From IMG/VR virus record IMGVR_UViG_3300042483_000604: a DNA stretch of 38,643 bases. The stretch is one strand, 5' to 3'. The translations under genes were made by a program, and so were the position numbers. Below are positions 35,690 to 38,643 of the stretch, piece by piece. Origin of the DNA: a virus (Duplodnaviria > Heunggongvirae > Uroviricota > Caudoviricetes). The notes under the pieces were generated by a model. It did not search any database. It was not told the DNA's origin and saw only the letters and a program-made list of their open reading frames with translations. Within the stretch, counting starts at the first letter, position 1; each line of letters begins with the position of its first letter.

Positions 35690-36322
35690 CTAATAAATTA
35701 TGCATTCCCCTACCGTAAACAATGCTCCTACCTCGCGAATCTTATCAAAAGCCTCAAAAGGGGTTACCTTGAAAAACTCTCTAGAACCTCCTCTATCAGA
35801 AGAAACCCTAACGGAAGAAAAATGCTTGTGAACGGCCTTCTCCACTTTTAAAGCAGAGCCTTTCTTTACAGGAAGAGCAAATTTTGGAACCCATTCCTCA
35901 ACTGTGGCTGTAGCGTTTATTGCCGTGACTCTCCTAGGAACGTCATGAATGGTCATTCCTATCTTAACGAGGGAAGTATACCCGGGATTAACCAGAACGT
36001 AAACATACTCGATATCATCAGTAGACCTCTCCTGTATCTTCTTATTCTCTATACCATGGAAGTATCTCCAGGAGAAAGTATTTGTATCCTGGTCTACTTG
36101 TCCTTCAGATACCTCTATAAGATATCTTGCCGAAAGAAAGTCAAGGAGTTTACCTGGAGATATATGTCTGTGTTTGGATTGTAGTGTAATGAAGTTCTCT
36201 TTCCACTTCTTTCCTACCTTAGGGTAAGGCAAAACAGACTCTGGTGAAGAATCAACAATAGTAATTTCCCCTATTAATTCCAAGGACATGGCCTCTGCCA
36301 TACTAATTTTATCTCTATACAT
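35690..36322 (-). CDS. T5orf172-type GIY-YIG domain protein
   Basis: YVYVLVNPGYTSLVKIGMT..RRV..VEKAVHKHF..REFFKV. Confidence 0.8.
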   Translation of the reverse strand: MYRDKISMAEAMSLELIGEITIVDSSPESVLPYPKVGKKWKENFITLQSKHRHISPGKLLDFLSARYLIEVSEGQVDQDTNTFSWRYFHGIENKKIQERSTDDIEYVYVLVNPGYTSLVKIGMTIHDVPRRVTAINATATVEEWVPKFALPVKKGSALKVEKAVHKHFSSVRVSSDRGGSREFFKVTPFEAFDKIREVGALFTVGECIIY

Positions 36323-36337
36323 AACCGTTTTATTTTT

Positions 36338-36535
36338 TTAGTTGAAAAAATCTTCAAATACCGAAGTTAAGAAAGCACCTGCTACTATAGGCCAAGCAAT
36401 AATAGTACCTAAGATCTCCATAAGAGTGAATGGTTCACTTGATCTTGTTAGACGAATGGATAGATCTACAAATGCTGCACAAATAAATCCAATAGCTCCG
36501 TATTGAATTAATACGTTTAAAATTAACGTTCCCAT
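36338..36535 (-). CDS. Small two-TM membrane protein
   Basis: Two hydrophobic helices, WP motif. Confidence 0.65.
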   Translation of the reverse strand: MGTLILNVLIQYGAIGFICAAFVDLSIRLTRSSEPFTLMEILGTIIAWPIVAGAFLTSVFEDFFN

Positions 36536-36560
36536 AACCTTTTTGTTTTTAAATTATACA

Positions 36561-36591
36561 TAAAGATAAGAATTTATTAACAATCTTCCAA
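36561..36591 (-). promoter_or_regulatory. Host-type promoter
   Basis: GTTG-N20-TATCTTTA; the TTG lies in the 3' end of the upstream gene. Confidence 0.55.
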
Positions 36592-37005
36592 CTTTTTTAA
36601 GGAAAAAAGGTCGAAATATTTCTGTAAAATAGCACATTTTTCATAATGCTCTACCAAAATAAAAGTCTCTATCATTTCTTCTAAAGCATATACAATAGCC
36701 TCCCTTCCGAATTCTTCCTCTATAATAGATAGCGTATCTGACTGTAGATCCTCAATGCTCCCGATATATTGCATAAGGTCTGTAAAATACCTTAGTTTAA
36801 TATTTTCTTTATTGGAGAGATACTTTTCGCCTAACTTCTTTGTATATAAAAGATCCATTACATAATAATTCTCCACACCTGTTACCATTGTACCGAATCG
36901 AATAACTGGATCTTTTAGTAAATCCTCTACGTTATGTTCTTTATATACTTCCTCATCTGTAGCAGAAAATATATCAAATATGCTGTTGCTATTTAGTCTT
37001 TTCAT
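36577..37005 (-). CDS. Hypothetical protein with C-terminal UVR-like motif
   Basis: ILVEHYEKCAILQK resembles the UvrB/UvrC E.YE.AA.L motif. Confidence 0.6.
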   Translation of the reverse strand: MKRLNSNSIFDIFSATDEEVYKEHNVEDLLKDPVIRFGTMVTGVENYYVMDLLYTKKLGEKYLSNKENIKLRYFTDLMQYIGSIEDLQSDTLSIIEEEFGREAIVYALEEMIETFILVEHYEKCAILQKYFDLFSLKKLEDC

Positions 37006-37093
37006 CTTATATAAATATATATCTTTCTTATAATGAAAAATTTTCCGGAAAAAAACTGGGGGTAGTTGGAAAATTGATCAAAATGTTCTATAT

Positions 37094-37124
37094 TAAATAT
37101 AAGAAATAAAAGTTCATAATACAA
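37094..37124 (-). promoter_or_regulatory. Host-type promoter
   Basis: TTG-N20-TATATTTAA. Confidence 0.5.
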
Positions 37125-37400
37125 TATAAGAGGTAGGTTAGGGGTATAGGTGGTAACCGTGCTAGGGTTTAGCAGCTATATAGACCAAACTTTAGAGAGA
37201 GGACAACTTGGGCAGTAATTCTTCCTTTGGAAGGACTAGGATTGGATTGGTTGGGTCCATAACAACATCTCTCTTAAAGCTATGTAGTATATATAAATAT
37301 ATACCCCCATACCTCAATTTTTATCAGAAATAGATTACTCTATGTGGCTCCGGATACCCGAGTACCAACCCGTTGAGGGAACTTAACTATCAAACTTCTC

Positions 37401-37433
37401 TCAACTTGACCTCACCTTGACGTCACCTTGACC
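37401..37433. repeat. 3 x 11-bp tandem repeat TCA(A/C)CTTGAC(C/G)
   Basis: tcaacttgacc / tcaccttgacg / tcaccttgacc in intergenic DNA. Confidence 0.8.
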
Positions 37434-37439
37434 TACAAG

Positions 37440-37462
37440 AAAAAAAAGAGGCCTAAGCCTCT
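37440..37462 (-). terminator. Intrinsic terminator ending the early gene array
   Basis: AGAGGC-TTAG-GCCTCT followed by a T tract; the loop contains the TAG stop of 37453..37716. Confidence 0.8.
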
Positions 37463-37716
37463 CTTATAAATTCTACCAAGTCTTCAAATCGATACCTAAC
37501 TACTACTTTCTTATTCATTACAAAGCTAAAAGCTGTAAAGCCTACCCTTCCTATCTTTAATACATTGGCATGATGGCCTTTATATAATACTTCTTCATCT
37601 ATAGAAGATCTAGATTGTTTCATTATACAATCATCATAGTAATAAGTCTCAGCTCCTTTATAAGATGGTCCTTTTACTTTAAAGCTTACTCCATTTAAAA
37701 ATTGTTCTCTTGTCAT
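37453..37716 (-). CDS. Small early hypothetical protein
   Basis: Has its own promoter cassette upstream and a terminator downstream. Confidence 0.7.
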   Translation of the reverse strand: MTREQFLNGVSFKVKGPSYKGAETYYYDDCIMKQSRSSIDEEVLYKGHHANVLKIGRVGFTAFSFVMNKKVVVRYRFEDLVEFIREA

Positions 37717-37725
37717 ATTGTATCT

Positions 37726-37776
37726 TGTTTTAATTATTGATACCTAAATATAAGAACTATTATTTAATTAAGCAAC
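37726..37776 (-). promoter_or_regulatory. Early promoter cassette copy 1
   Basis: GTTGC..N..TATATTTAGGTATCAATAATTAAAACA; 27 bp identical in all three copies. Confidence 0.8.
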
Positions 37777-37998
37777 TATTTTTAATGATCTTTTATCTAC
37801 TGAGACTAGCTTATTACTTTTAGTTCTTAAGACTGCTTCATCATTCTCTCTATGCATCTGTACTAACAATCCTATTATCTTTCTACCAAAGAACTTATCT
37901 TGTCCTTCATATACCATCCCTAACATTGGAGTAAGAGTCTTAGGAAGCTTTTGAGGAGCTCTTAGCTTCCACTTACCCTTTATACATTGCTCTCCCAT
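37768..37998 (-). CDS. Small early hypothetical protein
   Basis: Abuts the upstream gene; basic, beta-rich. Confidence 0.6.
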   Translation of the reverse strand: MGEQCIKGKWKLRAPQKLPKTLTPMLGMVYEGQDKFFGRKIIGLLVQMHRENDEAVLRTKSNKLVSVDKRSLKIVA

Positions 37999-38208
37999 CT
38001 ATGCTGCCTCGCTATCTAATACAGCTTGAACATTCTCTAATGCTATCTTATAACCAAAGTTCATAGCCATCTGCATTAATAATATATCCATTGAACCTCC
38101 ATTGGCTTTAGCAAAGGCTTCTAAGTCCTCTCTCTTATTAGGAGTTGCTACTAATCCTCTCTCTAATCCTTTAAACGATGTTTCTAAAAATTGTTTTAAA
38201 TCTTCCAT
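37999..38208 (-). CDS. Small early hypothetical protein
   Basis: ATG 8 nt after promoter cassette copy 2. Confidence 0.7.
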   Translation of the reverse strand: MEDLKQFLETSFKGLERGLVATPNKREDLEAFAKANGGSMDILLMQMAMNFGYKIALENVQAVLDSEAA

Positions 38209-38216
38209 AACTTATT

Positions 38217-38267
38217 TGTTTTAATTATTGATACCTAAATATATGAATTAACTTTGTAACTAGCAAC
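38217..38267 (-). promoter_or_regulatory. Early promoter cassette copy 2
   Basis: 49/51 identical to copy 3. Confidence 0.8.
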
Positions 38268-38274
38268 CTTTATT

Positions 38275-38463
38275 TTAAAAAGATCTTTCCCAATCTCTCT
38301 CTTTGACATCATCAATAATGTCCGAAAGTGTTTGACATAATTCTTCTTCAAAATCAACATCATCAAGAGATGTTCCTGCTTCTTTGTACTCTGCAATTAG
38401 TTCATCAATCTCTTCAATGAATCTTACTTTAATCAACTTTAATTCTTTAAATGCTTTTGCCAT
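38275..38463 (-). CDS. Small acidic early protein
   Basis: ATG 9 nt after cassette copy 3; D/E-rich. Confidence 0.7.
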   Translation of the reverse strand: MAKAFKELKLIKVRFIEEIDELIAEYKEAGTSLDDVDFEEELCQTLSDIIDDVKERDWERSF

Positions 38464-38472
38464 GATTTTATA

Positions 38473-38523
38473 TGTTTTAATTATTGATACCTAAATATAC
38501 GAACTAACTTTGTAACTAGCAAC
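38473..38523 (-). promoter_or_regulatory. Early promoter cassette copy 3
   Basis: GTTGCTAGTTACAAAGTTAGTTCGTATATTTAGGTATCAATAATTAAAACA. Confidence 0.8.
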
Positions 38524-38525
38524 TT

Positions 38526-38642
38526 TTAATTTGTAACTGTAATAAAGTATTCTAAATACTCTCCATTGTCATCCCAATAGATCTTCATTTGAGATCCTTC
38601 TTGTGTAATGATAGTAGTATAGTCGTGAAACAAATCTACAAT
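38526..38642 (-). CDS. 3' end of a small gene entering from the right edge
   Basis: Open frame ...IVDLFHDYTTIITQEGSQMKIYWDDNGEYLEYFITVTN* ending just before cassette copy 3. Confidence 0.55.
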   Translation of the reverse strand: MVDLFHDYTTIITQEGSQMKIYWDDNGEYLEYFITVTN

Positions 38643-38643
38643 A

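Noticed and set aside
374-36184. All + strand ORFs in the supplied track, and nested minus-strand ORFs 9426..9611 and 12856..13068
   Set aside because: They are antisense or alternate-frame shadows of longer, motif-bearing minus-strand genes; no recognisable domains.
37192-37260. 22-aa minus-strand ORF MDPTNPILVLPKEELLPKLSSL downstream of a TATTTATA
   Set aside because: Too short and unsupported to call; kept only as an alternative explanation for the structured region.
37726-38523. CRISPR array
   Set aside because: Repeats are separated by ~200-440 bp containing intact ORFs and have promoter structure; no cas operon is present.
1-38643. Stop-codon reassignment
   Set aside because: Long genes are intact under code 11; TAG (e.g. 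3233, 26207, 37453) and TGA (8193) occur at sensible gene ends.
1-38643. tRNA, rRNA, introns or inteins
   Set aside because: No cloverleaf or T-loop motifs seen in the few intergenic gaps; primase, exonuclease and other core genes are of normal length and uninterrupted.

Overview
AT-rich segment of a large T4-like (myovirus-type) bacteriophage genome, most likely infecting a Bacteroidota/Flavobacteriia host. Host evidence: TTG-N20-TAnnTTnn promoters, A-rich leaders without Shine-Dalgarno motifs, and a Bacteroidota-style lipoprotein. All credible genes are on the minus strand and use the standard genetic code. In transcription order (right to left): (1) small early genes, most preceded by a near-identical promoter cassette; (2) a structured ~450-bp non-coding region; (3) T5orf172/GIY-YIG, lipoprotein, HD-domain and gp55-like late sigma genes; (4) a baseplate module (gp5-like, gp25, gp6, gp7-like wedge, fibre-attachment proteins); (5) five modular tail-fibre genes; (6) small proteins with shared N-terminal '(L/I)-x-E' leaders, including a minimal protein kinase and membrane-insertion candidates; (7) primase and PD-(D/E)XK exonuclease; (8) two tandem Pol-beta-fold nucleotidyltransferases. 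The second nucleotidyltransferase (1..1755) is missing from the ORF track and is fused to an NMNAT/cytidyltransferase domain. The most notable candidates are a head-packaged, protease-matured effector set (NTase + NTase-NMNAT + kinase + membrane proteins), a [ST]-[GAS]-S motif enriched in tail proteins (possible modification sequon), a late-promoter motif that is the reverse complement of T4's, and a possible antisense structured RNA next to 11-bp iteron-like repeats. All annotations are from motif recognition by eye; no database searches were run.
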